Origin: an uncultured Candidatus Saccharibacteria bacterium
Lineage (GTDB): Bacteria; Patescibacteriota; Minisyncoccia; Phycocordibacterales; UBA6065
NCBI GenBank assembly: GCA_964495425.1
Contig: CAZBVG010000003.1
Coordinates: 64,518 to 128,517, forward strand
Direction: 5' to 3'
DNA length: 64,000 nt
A program made the position numbers and the translations under genes. This document shows, in pieces, positions 36,318 through 44,638 of this stretch. Each line of letters opens with the position of its first letter. Positions within the stretch are counted from its first letter, which is position 1. The notes under the pieces were generated by a model. That model saw only the letters and a program-made list of their open reading frames with translations, had not been told where the DNA came from and did no database searches.

Positions 36318-37435
36318 TTTGATTTTCCTTGATTTTTTGAGTTATCACGTTGGCCGAACACAGCGGTTAGGCCACCGACCATTTTGTCTCCTTCACCGAC
36401 GCCGTTCACGATGATTTCTTGGCGCGTGAGGTTGCCTTCCTGTGCCTGAACCATACGGAGCGCTTCGGTTGGATCGAGATCCTTACCCATGGCCTTGAAC
36501 TGGGCAACGAGCTTTACAGCGCGCTTTCCCTGTTCCTCCATGTCCCGTTTTTGAGCCTTTGATTTTGCCGCTTCCTTCATCTCCTCTTCCATTGCGCGCA
36601 AAATTTCGGTATTGGTTGGCAGGATTTCCGTATTCAATACATCAATAACCTTGACCCCTGATTCCGTTTGGAATTCGCGGTCGATAGCCTTTGAAATATT
36701 GAAATCTTTAGGCATCTCGTTGCTAGCATCTTCGGCGTTACCTGCGACTGCATCAATTCCATCTTTCTCTTCGAGAGATATAACACGCTCACGCATGTCT
36801 ACTGACTCTTGATCCATAAAGGGCCAAGGAAGCCAGTGGATACCTTCATCAAGAAAGATTCGTTGACGTCTGCCGAGGAGCGTTAAGACTCCCATATGGG
36901 CAATGTCTATCCTGTTGAAACTTGCGATAAACATTCCTATTGCGATTCCCATCACACAAAGTGATGGAAAAAAGGGTAGGTCGAGCACTACGAATGGAAT
37001 TACTATGCCCATAAAAAGGGTAAAAATAATTCCGAGTAGAATCGACTGCCAAGGCTTGATCGAAGTTTTGACTTCGTTCAGCGTACCCTTACGCAGGCAT
37101 TCGGCAACCACGCTACTCATTTCGAGCTTAAGACCCATGAGGGCATTGAGCTCAATTTTTGAAGCGAGATGGCGCGAGACAGCAGATGAGAGTGCCACGA
37201 TAGTTTTTTCGACAATCAATGACCCTCCCATGTTGAGATACGTATATGGGTCAACGACCCTGTATCGTATCGCTTGTTGGATTTTGACCTGGGCGGAGCC
37301 GAGATCTTCGTAAGGATTTCCTTTCTTTCCAGACTTATCCTTCGAACCCTTCGAAGGCGGGACGGGTGTGCTAGGCACACTTGATTGAGGACGAGGTTGT
37401 GCCTTCGTCGCAGGCACGGTTTTGGTTTTAGCCAT
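36314..37435 (-). CDS. SPFH/band-7-like membrane protein with atypical domain order
   Basis: Band-7-like signature AIRYRVVDPYTYL lies N-terminal to three or four TM helices. A second SPFH-like stretch (RIFLDEGIHWLPWPFMDQESVDMRERVISLEEKDGIDAV) and an E/K-rich coiled-coil follow. Confidence 0.35.
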   Translation of the reverse strand: MAKTKTVPATKAQPRPQSSVPSTPVPPSKGSKDKSGKKGNPYEDLGSAQVKIQQAIRYRVVDPYTYLNMGGSLIVEKTIVALSSAVSRHLASKIELNALMGLKLEMSSVVAECLRKGTLNEVKTSIKPWQSILLGIIFTLFMGIVIPFVVLDLPFFPSLCVMGIAIGMFIASFNRIDIAHMGVLTLLGRRQRIFLDEGIHWLPWPFMDQESVDMRERVISLEEKDGIDAVAGNAEDASNEMPKDFNISKAIDREFQTESGVKVIDVLNTEILPTNTEILRAMEEEMKEAAKSKAQKRDMEEQGKRAVKLVAQFKAMGKDLDPTEALRMVQAQEGNLTRQEIIVNGVGEGDKMVGGLTAVFGQRDNSKNQGKSK

Positions 37436-37577
37436 TGTTAGTGTGGTTTCAAAAAACTTGATTTACAGGGAAAGACGACCGTCCTTCCAATTACTGTATT
37501 CTATTATCTATTATACTACATTTTATATAAAAGTCAATAATCGCTTTATTTTTAAATACGGCTTGGTTAAGAGCTTT

Positions 37578-37612
37578 AATACAATAAAAAAAGAACTGTG
37601 TGGTACACAGTT
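37578..37612 (-). terminator. Terminator hairpin (aagaactgtgt-ggta-cacagttctt)
   Basis: 11-bp perfect stem with A/T runs, downstream of the minus-strand receiver gene stop at 37627. Confidence 0.6.
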
Positions 37613-37626
37613 CTTGTAAACGAATG

Positions 37627-37986
37627 CTAGTTCTTGGCGAACCTGGTGATGGTTTCGCGGATCTCCTCCATGTAAAACGGCTTCTGGATAATTTTCTTCA
37701 CATTAGTCCAGCCGATTTCATCGGCGACGGACTTGACGTTTCCACCGCTCATGATGACAATGGGGAGGTCGGGGTGGGTGCGTCGTGCTTGGTGGGCGAA
37801 ATCCACCCCGCTCATGCCGGCCATGATGTAGTCGGTAAAGACCAGATCAAGGTTCTCGACACTAAGCAGGCTCAAGCCGTCACTTCCGTTGCTTGCTTCG
37901 GAGACGGAGTGTCCGTCCCTTCGCAGCATGAGTGCAAGTGTGGTTCTCACTGATTCGTCTTCTTCAATGATGAGTATGTTTTTCAT
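37627..37986 (-). CDS. Stand-alone response-regulator receiver domain (CheY-like)
   Basis: MKNILIIEEDESVR...LDLVFTDYIMAGMSG (phospho-acceptor Asp), PIVIMSGG and a conserved Lys region. 119 aa with no output domain. GC-rich coding sequence. Confidence 0.7.
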   Translation of the reverse strand: MKNILIIEEDESVRTTLALMLRRDGHSVSEASNGSDGLSLLSVENLDLVFTDYIMAGMSGVDFAHQARRTHPDLPIVIMSGGNVKSVADEIGWTNVKKIIQKPFYMEEIRETITRFAKN

Positions 37987-38036
37987 AGATGTGCAACTTG
38001 TGAGGACATTACCATATTTTTCGATTAAGTCAAGTA

Positions 38037-38063
38037 AAAGCCGTCACGTGATGACGGCTTTTG
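38037..38063 (-). terminator. Terminator hairpin after tRNA-Leu (aaaagccgtcacgtgatgacggctttt)
   Basis: Perfect palindrome gccgtcacgtgatgacggc flanked by A4 and T4. Confidence 0.6.
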
Positions 38064-38068
38064 GACTG

Positions 38069-38150
38069 TGGGCACGAAGAGACTCGAACTCTTAATCCGT
38101 GAGGAACTAGTTCCTAAGACTAGCGCGTATACCAATTCCGCCACGTGCCC
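38069..38150 (-). tRNA. tRNA-Leu (anticodon TAG), long variable arm
   Basis: Reverse complement GGGCACG-TG-GCG-GAATTGGTATA-CGC-G-CTAGT-CTTAGGA-ACTAG-TTCCTCACGGATT-AAGAG-TTCGAGT-CTCTT-CGTGCCC-A. Confidence 0.8.
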
Positions 38151-38290
38151 AATAGATGATAGGATAGCATTAGAGCCTGGAATTATGAAGCCTTTGTCCG
38201 TGTGCTCCTATTGTTTTATTTGTATATTTGTGTTATTACACGAACGGGGGTATTTCGTAATAACGTACAGAAACAACAATAACGGTAGAA

Positions 38291-38719
38291 ATGAAACAAC
38301 ATATCGTAAGAGCGTTTTCAGTGGTTTTTATCCTGTTTGCATTTGCGCAGACTGTTTTCGGTCAAGAGGTTTTCAAGCTCAGAATTGGCGAGGAGTTAAT
38401 CCTTGTCGCAAGCACAGATGGAACACCGCCACTTACCTTTGTTTGGTATAAGGACGGGGTGGATACAGGTGTTACAACTGCTAAGTATGTGGTCAACTCG
38501 GTGACACCTCAGGATGCCGGAACGTACTCGGTTAAGGCAAGTAATTCCGCTGGTTCAGCTATCTCTCCGACAGTAATTTGTCGAATGGTTGTTTTGCCTA
38601 AAAAAGCAGTGGACACCTACGAGGTGCTGCTCAGTTGGCTTGAGTTAAGGAAAGATTTTGCACGGGCAAGTCTATGGAGACGGCCGCTCATAGCTAGAAC
38701 ACAAGGAGGGCGGATATGA
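38291..38719 (+). CDS. Secreted protein with eukaryote-like immunoglobulin I-set domain
   Basis: Signal peptide (AFSVVFILFAFAQTVFG). ILVASTDGTPPLTFVWYKDGVDTGVTTAKYVVNSVTPQDAGTYSVKASNSAGSAISPTVI matches the I-set pattern (WxKDG ... DxGxYxC-like) with the Cys positions substituted. Overlaps the next gene by 4 nt. Confidence 0.5.
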   Translation: MKQHIVRAFSVVFILFAFAQTVFGQEVFKLRIGEELILVASTDGTPPLTFVWYKDGVDTGVTTAKYVVNSVTPQDAGTYSVKASNSAGSAISPTVICRMVVLPKKAVDTYEVLLSWLELRKDFARASLWRRPLIARTQGGRI

Positions 38720-39354
38720 ATAAAGTCTATTTATCTGTCTTCCTTTTTATTGTTACGCCTGCATTCGCGATGACGTATCGGATTATTAACCTGGCGGTGC
38801 AACAGGTGTCAGACACAAAGGTTGTGCTTACATGCACGGTACCCAAGCCAAAAAGTGGGACTGCGCCTGTAACACAAATCGAGCTACGTATCGATGATGC
38901 TGCAATTACGGCGAAGAATTATCATCAAGCAACGATAGTTCAGGTGGTGAATAATCCCGGAGTTGCGTCTGCTCCTGTTACATTTACGGTGGCTGGTCTT
39001 CAGTCAAACACTACATACTATTTCGCGTGCAGAGCTTTTGATACGGAATGGAATGAGGTGTCGAATTATTCGCTCGTTAAAACAAGTCCGCCCAGCAAAA
39101 AGACTCAGGTCAACAAGACCATACGAGTAAACCTGAATTATAGGGAGGATGATACTGGGGAAATACCTGATGCGGTAGTCGTGTTTCACGGCTCCACGAG
39201 GGGACTTATGGAAAAACCACTCGTAGTAAAGGGTAACGTCCGCTATGTGGATATCACCGGCTTAAAGCAAGGTGACGTTCATTATTGGCAGGTTGTTACG
39301 GTGAGCACCGATGGTGAGACCAACGAAAATCCCGTGCGATCTGACAGTAGATAA
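38716..39354 (+). CDS. Secreted fibronectin type III-like domain protein
   Basis: Signal peptide (LSVFLFIVTPAFA). FN3-like strand pattern (VVLTCTVPKP...LQSNTTYYFACRAFD). A second beta-sandwich-like C-terminal half. Confidence 0.4.
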   Translation: MNKVYLSVFLFIVTPAFAMTYRIINLAVQQVSDTKVVLTCTVPKPKSGTAPVTQIELRIDDAAITAKNYHQATIVQVVNNPGVASAPVTFTVAGLQSNTTYYFACRAFDTEWNEVSNYSLVKTSPPSKKTQVNKTIRVNLNYREDDTGEIPDAVVVFHGSTRGLMEKPLVVKGNVRYVDITGLKQGDVHYWQVVTVSTDGETNENPVRSDSR

Positions 39355-39374
39355 GTTGCAATAACACATTGCGA

Positions 39375-39410
39375 GCCGCTTGGTGAAGTAATTCACTAAG
39401 CGGTTTTTTT
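39375..39410 (+). terminator. Rho-independent terminator (ccgcttggtgaa-gtaa-ttcactaagcgg + T9)
   Basis: 12-bp stem with one mismatch, followed by tttttttta. Confidence 0.65.
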
Positions 39411-39512
39411 TATTTCGACGCTTTTTAATTGCTCGATCTGTTGTACGACGTCATACATAATTTAACTAGACAATCTGGTTATTTTCACTAGCATAGGGAC
39501 AAACCGTGTTCC

Positions 39513-40016
39513 ATGAAATTCAAAACCTATACAGAGAACGATGAAAGTCTGATGTCTCAGGATGAGAAAGATCTTCTCGTGCGTATCAGAGGGCTGATGG
39601 ACCATTTTCCTGAAGGTCTTGGCTACGACATGGGCGATAAAGGCAGATTCGTGTCCTTGTCGTGCCATATGGTGGTGCGGGCTATGGCTCGCGTCATCGG
39701 CAGGGAGGTTAAAGTGATCGACGGCTACTTTTTCCCGGTCTATCAGCACAGCTGGCTCAGGACAAAGCAAGGTAATGTCATCGATGTGTTTCCGGTAGGT
39801 ATTGTTGGGGGTCCGATCTTTGTGAGTAAAATCGTTGCCGACAGAAAGTGTAAGATTGTATTCAAGGACCTTTTCACCGAAAGGGAGAAGAGGCAGGACG
39901 TTGGGTTGTATCTTCGTAAAAGGCTTCCCAAGGATACTCGCGCTTCGTTCAAGGATAAGAGATTTGTTAGGACTGTCGAATTGATCGTGCGCTCGATGCG
40001 ATCCGCATTTGTCTGA
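39513..40016 (+). CDS. Hypothetical protein
   Basis: 167-aa ORF with no recognisable motif, followed by GC hairpin gcgtcccgcgaggggcgc + T5 at 40020-40050. Confidence 0.35.
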   Translation: MKFKTYTENDESLMSQDEKDLLVRIRGLMDHFPEGLGYDMGDKGRFVSLSCHMVVRAMARVIGREVKVIDGYFFPVYQHSWLRTKQGNVIDVFPVGIVGGPIFVSKIVADRKCKIVFKDLFTEREKRQDVGLYLRKRLPKDTRASFKDKRFVRTVELIVRSMRSAFV

Positions 40017-40188
40017 CTGCCGTCTAAGCGTCCCGCGAGGGGCGCTTTTTATTACACGAGCGAGGTTTCCATGTTGTCTATTTTGTCCAATCTCAGAACC
40101 AGTTTTGTTGGTGTCCTGAAATTAAAAACCTCCAATAGCATTAGAGCTCGGAGGTTTTAAGGCCTTATATCTGGGCGGTAGCAGGGTG

Positions 40189-40458
40189 TCAGCTTCCCAC
40201 ATAGATCGAACATTTCTTGCCGAGCACTTCCGGCTCTCCTTCGATTTTCTCGGTGCCGGAAGGTTTGGGCGAGTCTTTCTCGACGATGTGGATTTCAAAC
40301 GCTTTGATTGCACCAAACAGCGGATTGTATGTGTAGAGGCGAACCTCATTATTCTCGACTCGCTCGTAGTGGACAGAGCCTCGGACGGAAAGTTCTGCGC
40401 GGAAAACGGCGGGCAAAGTGCGCACCGGACAATACAGTGGGTGGTGGGTTCTAGACAT
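40189..40458 (-). CDS. Hypothetical small protein (90 aa)
   Basis: ORF-track 174-aa ORF trimmed to MSRTHHPLYCPV... because its extension crosses two tRNA genes. Confidence 0.25.
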   Translation of the reverse strand: MSRTHHPLYCPVRTLPAVFRAELSVRGSVHYERVENNEVRLYTYNPLFGAIKAFEIHIVEKDSPKPSGTEKIEGEPEVLGKKCSIYVGS

Positions 40459-40517
40459 AAATAAAAAGAAGTTTATACAAACCTTACATGAGAGTTCGTT
40501 TGTGTCAACAAACGCAA

Positions 40518-40552
40518 AAAGCCGAGAGAACTGATTCTCTCGGCTTTTTGAT
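40518..40552 (-). terminator. Terminator after the tRNA cluster (gccgagagaa-ctga-ttctctcggc + T-run)
   Basis: 10-bp perfect stem immediately 3' of tRNA-Lys on the minus strand. Confidence 0.6.
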
Positions 40553-40559
40553 CCGCTTG

Positions 40560-40632
40560 TCCGCCCTGTAGGAATCGAACCTACGACCTTCTCCTTAAGA
40601 GGGAGCAGCTCTACCAACTGAGCTAAGGGCGG
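40560..40632 (-). tRNA. tRNA-Lys (anticodon CTT)
   Basis: Reverse complement CCGCCCT-TA-GCTC-AGTTGGTA-GAGC-T-GCTCC-CTCTTAA-GGAGA-AGGTC-GTAGG-TTCGATT-CCTAC-AGGGCGG-A. Shares a G27.A43 mismatch with tRNA-Arg. Unusual C1-G72 pair. Confidence 0.75.
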
Positions 40633-40685
40633 ATATAAATTTGCTTCGAAAATGTAACAGAAAATTGGGTAATTGGCAATTTTCC

Positions 40686-40776
40686 TGGTGCCCAAGGTGG
40701 GAATCGAACCCACATGCCCCTATTAGAGGGCGAAGGATTTTAAGTCCTCTGCGTCTACCAATTCCGCCACCTGGGC
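40686..40776 (-). tRNA. tRNA-Leu (anticodon TAA), CCA encoded
   Basis: Reverse complement GCCCAGG-TG-GCG-GAATTGGTAGA-CGC-A-GAGGA-CTTAAAA-TCCTT + 19-nt variable arm + GTGGG-TTCGATT-CCCAC-CTTGGGC-A-CCA. Confidence 0.8.
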
Positions 40777-40801
40777 AAAAGAAACACGGAAGCGTTTCTT
40801 G

Positions 40802-40873
40802 AGGCCACGGCGAGAATCGAACTCGCGCATAGAGATTTTGCAGATCTCCGAATTACCACTTTTCTACGTGGCC
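40802..40873 (-). tRNA. tRNA-Cys (anticodon GCA)
   Basis: Reverse complement GGCCACG-TA-GAA-AAGTGGTAA-TTC-G-GAGAT-CTGCAAA-ATCTC-TATGC-GCGAG-TTCGATT-CTCGC-CGTGGCC-T, with the U73 discriminator typical of tRNA-Cys. Confidence 0.8.
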
Positions 40874-40903
40874 TTGTATGAGATAGAGTATACTATCTTT
40901 TTT

Positions 40904-41227
40904 TTACTTAGCGAGACTAGCGTCGATCTTTTGTCGCGCTTTTTCTCCTTTATCAATTTCAAAATCAAAGAAAGGAATCTTCATGAGTCGAGCATTATAT
41001 TTAACATATGCTCGGAAATCAGAGCGTTTACGCTTCAGGAAGTCTAAGGCAGCTTCTTCCTGAGTATCAGGGAAGACAGTAAAGAAGATGGTCGCAAGGT
41101 TACCTTTGTCGTTTGTAACGACGCGGGTAACCGTAATCATAGATGTGCGATTAGACTCCAAAGCTAGGAATTTGGCCGCGCAACCACGCAATATTTCCTC
41201 AAATCGCTCTTGTTTAAACGTAGACAT
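40904..41227 (-). CDS. rbfA: Ribosome-binding factor A
   Basis: RbfA-like KH fold (ITVTRVVTNDKGNLATIFFTVF), about 107 aa, immediately downstream of infB. Confidence 0.7.
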   Translation of the reverse strand: MSTFKQERFEEILRGCAAKFLALESNRTSMITVTRVVTNDKGNLATIFFTVFPDTQEEAALDFLKRKRSDFRAYVKYNARLMKIPFFDFEIDKGEKARQKIDASLAK

Positions 41228-41228
41228 A

Positions 41229-42764
41229 TTACTTTTCTACCATAACTATGTCCTCAATGACATCTCCCGGGGCAAGTTCCATCTTTGAGTCGATCATGGC
41301 ACCGAATTCAAAACCTTCTTGAACAGAATCGGTTTTAAGCTTGGTTTGCTGCAATTCTCGAATAACACCTTCACCGATGATTGTCTCTCGACGACAGATT
41401 TTCACGCGGTGACCAAGTCTGATTTCTCGATCAATTACTTTTCCTCCGATGATTTGTTTGTCCTTTGTTCGGCTAAAGAATTTGAGGATTTTTGCTTTGC
41501 CAGCCACTTCTTCAACTTCAACTTTTGGAGTTCGCTCTTTTACGCGGTCTGCAATCCATTCAACGAGTTTGTAGATGATATCAAATGATGCGTGAGCAAG
41601 ATTAAGGCGTTCGATCATTGCCTTTGCTTGGCTGTCTATTTTCACATTAAACCCAACGACAAGAGTTTCTGGATCCGCTCCGGCTACTTTAATATCAGAT
41701 TCGGTGATATCGCCAATAGAAGCATAAATAACTTTAATGAGTACACGTTCGCTCTGAATTTTTCGTACTTCATGCTCAATCGCTTCAACTGATCCCAATA
41801 CATCTGCTTTAACAATGAGAGGGATGATTTTTTTGTCAGATTGAGCCGGATCTCGCTTTTCAGCAGGTTTTGCTTTCGACTCTTGGATTTTAGCTTCTTC
41901 AACATACTCTTCAAGATCGCGCTTTGATGTAAATGTGACAAAGGTACTGCCAACTGCAGGAGCTTTGTTCCAACCAACAAGTCGTATTGGCGAAGAAAAG
42001 GTTGCCTCAGTTATTTTCTTTCCAGCATGATTTTCAATGATACGAGTAGGGGAGAATGCTGTTCCAGATGCAACAAACATACCAGGACCAATCGATCCGT
42101 TTTTGATAACCAATGTTGCTGAGATGCCTTTTTTAGGATCACGGTCAGCTTCGATGACAGTGCCTTCAGCTGGCTTTGTTGCATCTCCCTTGAGGTCTGA
42201 AATTTCGGCAGTAAGTAATATAAGATCGAGGAGTTCGTCTACGCCCGCGCCTGTTTTTGCTGAAATAGCTACGAAAGAAATATTTCCACCGTATCCTTCG
42301 AGATAAATACCAGCCTCAGCGAGAGAAATTTTGGTTTTCTCAACATTTGCAGAAGGCTTGTCGATTTTGTTTATGGCAACAATAAATGGGACTTTAGCTT
42401 TTTCTATTTCCTTGTACGCTTCGAGTGTTTGTTTCTTTACACCGTCCTCAGCTGAGACTACGAGGATGGCAATATCTGCTGTCGTAGCACCTCGTTCACG
42501 CATACCGGAGAATGCTTCGTGACCTGGTGTGTCGATAAAGGTAATTTTTTCTGTTTTTTCGCCGCTCGTACGTTCAACTTCGTATGCAGAAATAGCCTGG
42601 GTGATGCCACCGGCTTCTTCATCAACGATGTGAGTTTTACGGATGTAATCGAGTAGCGTTGATTTACCGTGGTCTATATGACCAAGAATGGCAACGACAG
42701 GTGGGCGCTTTGTGAGGGCGCCTGATTTCGCATGTACTGCTTGTTTTGATGCTTTTCCTGCCAT
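41229..42764 (-). CDS. infB: Translation initiation factor IF-2 (short, 511 aa; N-terminal domains absent)
   Basis: G domain VVAILGHIDHGKSTLLDYIRKT, DTPGHEAF, NKID, plus beta-barrel domains II and IV. Begins about 20 aa before the G domain. Confidence 0.9.
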   Translation of the reverse strand: MAGKASKQAVHAKSGALTKRPPVVAILGHIDHGKSTLLDYIRKTHIVDEEAGGITQAISAYEVERTSGEKTEKITFIDTPGHEAFSGMRERGATTADIAILVVSAEDGVKKQTLEAYKEIEKAKVPFIVAINKIDKPSANVEKTKISLAEAGIYLEGYGGNISFVAISAKTGAGVDELLDLILLTAEISDLKGDATKPAEGTVIEADRDPKKGISATLVIKNGSIGPGMFVASGTAFSPTRIIENHAGKKITEATFSSPIRLVGWNKAPAVGSTFVTFTSKRDLEEYVEEAKIQESKAKPAEKRDPAQSDKKIIPLIVKADVLGSVEAIEHEVRKIQSERVLIKVIYASIGDITESDIKVAGADPETLVVGFNVKIDSQAKAMIERLNLAHASFDIIYKLVEWIADRVKERTPKVEVEEVAGKAKILKFFSRTKDKQIIGGKVIDREIRLGHRVKICRRETIIGEGVIRELQQTKLKTDSVQEGFEFGAMIDSKMELAPGDVIEDIVMVEK

Positions 42765-42808
42765 GTGTGTGTAATTATGACCGCCATCGCAATTTCCTTA
42801 GTATGAAA

Positions 42809-43282
42809 TTATTTTTTCTCGAGCTTGTTCTTTGCTCGTGATACAACTTCTTTTTCTTCTTCAGAAAGTTCAATTTCAGAAGTGTATTTCGCAATCGGTT
42901 TTGAAAATACTGACATGCGATCTCGTGAATAAAGGCTTGAGATGACTGTGCCGTCGCCCTCTTCATTGAGAAAAGCTGTTGCAAAGCTCTGGTAACCGCC
43001 GGTAGAGTCGCCTCGAAATGCATTAAAGCGCACGGTTTCTGTTGCCTGAGTTGCTCGGCGCATTCGTTTCTCTACATTCACTAAATACTTTTCCATATCG
43101 GCCTTAAACGCCGCCATTTCCTTGAGCTCCTTGTCGATGGTTTTCAAGGAATCGCCGAGATTCTCATTATTCTTTCCTCGAAGAAGCTTTCGGACCTTCC
43201 AGCGGAGAAGGAACACATTGACGATCAAAATGACAACAAGGATCGCCAAAGCACCGATAAGGATGTTCGAGTCAAGAATCAT
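42809..43282 (-). CDS. Hypothetical membrane-anchored protein
   Basis: N-terminal TM (ILIGALAILVVILIVNVFLL) followed by a charged helical region and a C-terminal alpha/beta segment. Confidence 0.35.
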   Translation of the reverse strand: MILDSNILIGALAILVVILIVNVFLLRWKVRKLLRGKNNENLGDSLKTIDKELKEMAAFKADMEKYLVNVEKRMRRATQATETVRFNAFRGDSTGGYQSFATAFLNEEGDGTVISSLYSRDRMSVFSKPIAKYTSEIELSEEEKEVVSRAKNKLEKK

Positions 43283-43374
43283 GGCTTACATACTAGCTCT
43301 AAAAGGGGCTAAAGGCAAACCATCATTCCCTACAGGGCGTTGTTTTTAGGGAGCTTTTTGCATAGTATGAACAT

Positions 43375-44553
43375 ATGTCATTTTTCGGCAAAAAGCGCAT
43401 ATATGCTGACTGGGCGGCGACCACACCTGTGCACTGGCAGGTTGTTAAAGCTATGCAGAAGGTTGGTAAGTATTGGGCTAATCCTTCGGCTATATATAAA
43501 GAGGGGGTAGAAGCCAAAAAACTCCTCGATGAAGCGCATGCAAAGACTGCGCGGATTTTGGGTGTAAAGCCAGAGGAGGTGTATTTCACATCTGGTGGTA
43601 CTGAAGCAAACGCGACAATCATACAAGGTGTTTTGCGCACACGACTTGAAAAGGGAATAAAAGATGTTCATGTTGTTACAACTGCGATAGAGCACTCTTC
43701 GATTCTTGAAACGCTGAAACTTTTTGAAAAGCATGGCGTAAAAGTTACGTACGTAAAGCCTGATAAAAACGGAATCGTACAAGCAGAAGAAATAGTAAAA
43801 GCAATTACTCCTCACACCGCTCTCGTTTCAGTGATGTACGCAAACAATGAGATAGGAACTATTCAGCCGGTTTCAAAAATTGGTGCAGAAATTCGAAAGA
43901 TCCGTTCAAAGAAAGTGGGAAGTGCTGATGCGGATTTTCCGGTCTTTCATGTCGATGCGTCTCAGGCACCTCTCTGGCTTTCATGCGAAGTAGAAGGTTT
44001 GCGAGCAGATGCGATAACGCTTGATGCACATAAAATGCAGGGACCAAAGAGCATTGGAGCATTGATTGTCCGTCGTCATGTATCCTGGGAACCTCTGATG
44101 GTTGGTGGAGGACAGGAACGGGGTAAGCGACCAACCACCGAATCACTTCGACTCTATACCGCCTTTGCTCGAGCGCTCGAAATTGCTCAAGAAGGTCGAA
44201 ACGAACGGACGCAGAAAGCTGAAAAGGTGCGCACCTATTTTTTCTCCCAATTTGAAAAAGAATTTCCACAGGGAGTAATTAATGGTTCAACTGATAAACG
44301 TCTTCCAAACAACGTAAACATTTCGCTCCCTAAAATCTCTGATCCGGAAATGGCGGTACTGTATTTAGACAAGTGTGGCGTAGCGTGTTCGACCAAAAGT
44401 TCATGCCTCAAAGGCGAGGAAGAATCGTATGTTGTAAAAGCATTAGGTGGTGATGCGTGGCGAGCAAAAAATACATTACGATTTTCATTTGCACCCAATG
44501 CATCACTCAAAAACGTAGATACCATTGTAAATCTACTCAAAAATCTGCCGTAA
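43375..44553 (+). CDS. Cysteine desulfurase (class V aminotransferase, IscS/NifS-like)
   Basis: YADWAATTP; SGGTEANATIIQG; PLP-Lys region LDAHKMQGPKSIGALIV; catalytic Cys loop STKSSC. 392 aa. Confidence 0.8.
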   Translation: MSFFGKKRIYADWAATTPVHWQVVKAMQKVGKYWANPSAIYKEGVEAKKLLDEAHAKTARILGVKPEEVYFTSGGTEANATIIQGVLRTRLEKGIKDVHVVTTAIEHSSILETLKLFEKHGVKVTYVKPDKNGIVQAEEIVKAITPHTALVSVMYANNEIGTIQPVSKIGAEIRKIRSKKVGSADADFPVFHVDASQAPLWLSCEVEGLRADAITLDAHKMQGPKSIGALIVRRHVSWEPLMVGGGQERGKRPTTESLRLYTAFARALEIAQEGRNERTQKAEKVRTYFFSQFEKEFPQGVINGSTDKRLPNNVNISLPKISDPEMAVLYLDKCGVACSTKSSCLKGEEESYVVKALGGDAWRAKNTLRFSFAPNASLKNVDTIVNLLKNLP

Positions 44554-44638
44554 ACTTGACTCAAGTGATATAATTATAGTAATTCCCGAGGTATACAGCC
44601 AAACTGATCTGCCTTTAACCCTTTAATCTAAGAACTAC

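Noticed and set aside
40189-40713. 174-aa minus-strand ORF spanning tRNA-Lys and part of tRNA-Leu(TAA)
   Set aside because: The N-terminal two-thirds are encoded by tRNA genes. Only the distal 90-aa portion (40189-40458) is kept, as a low-confidence hypothetical.
40878-40905. Plus-strand hairpin agatag-agtata-ctatct followed by T8, downstream of rbfA on the wrong strand
   Set aside because: It looks like a terminator only in the plus orientation, where no gene ends. It may be a bidirectional element or a leftover, so it is not annotated as a feature.
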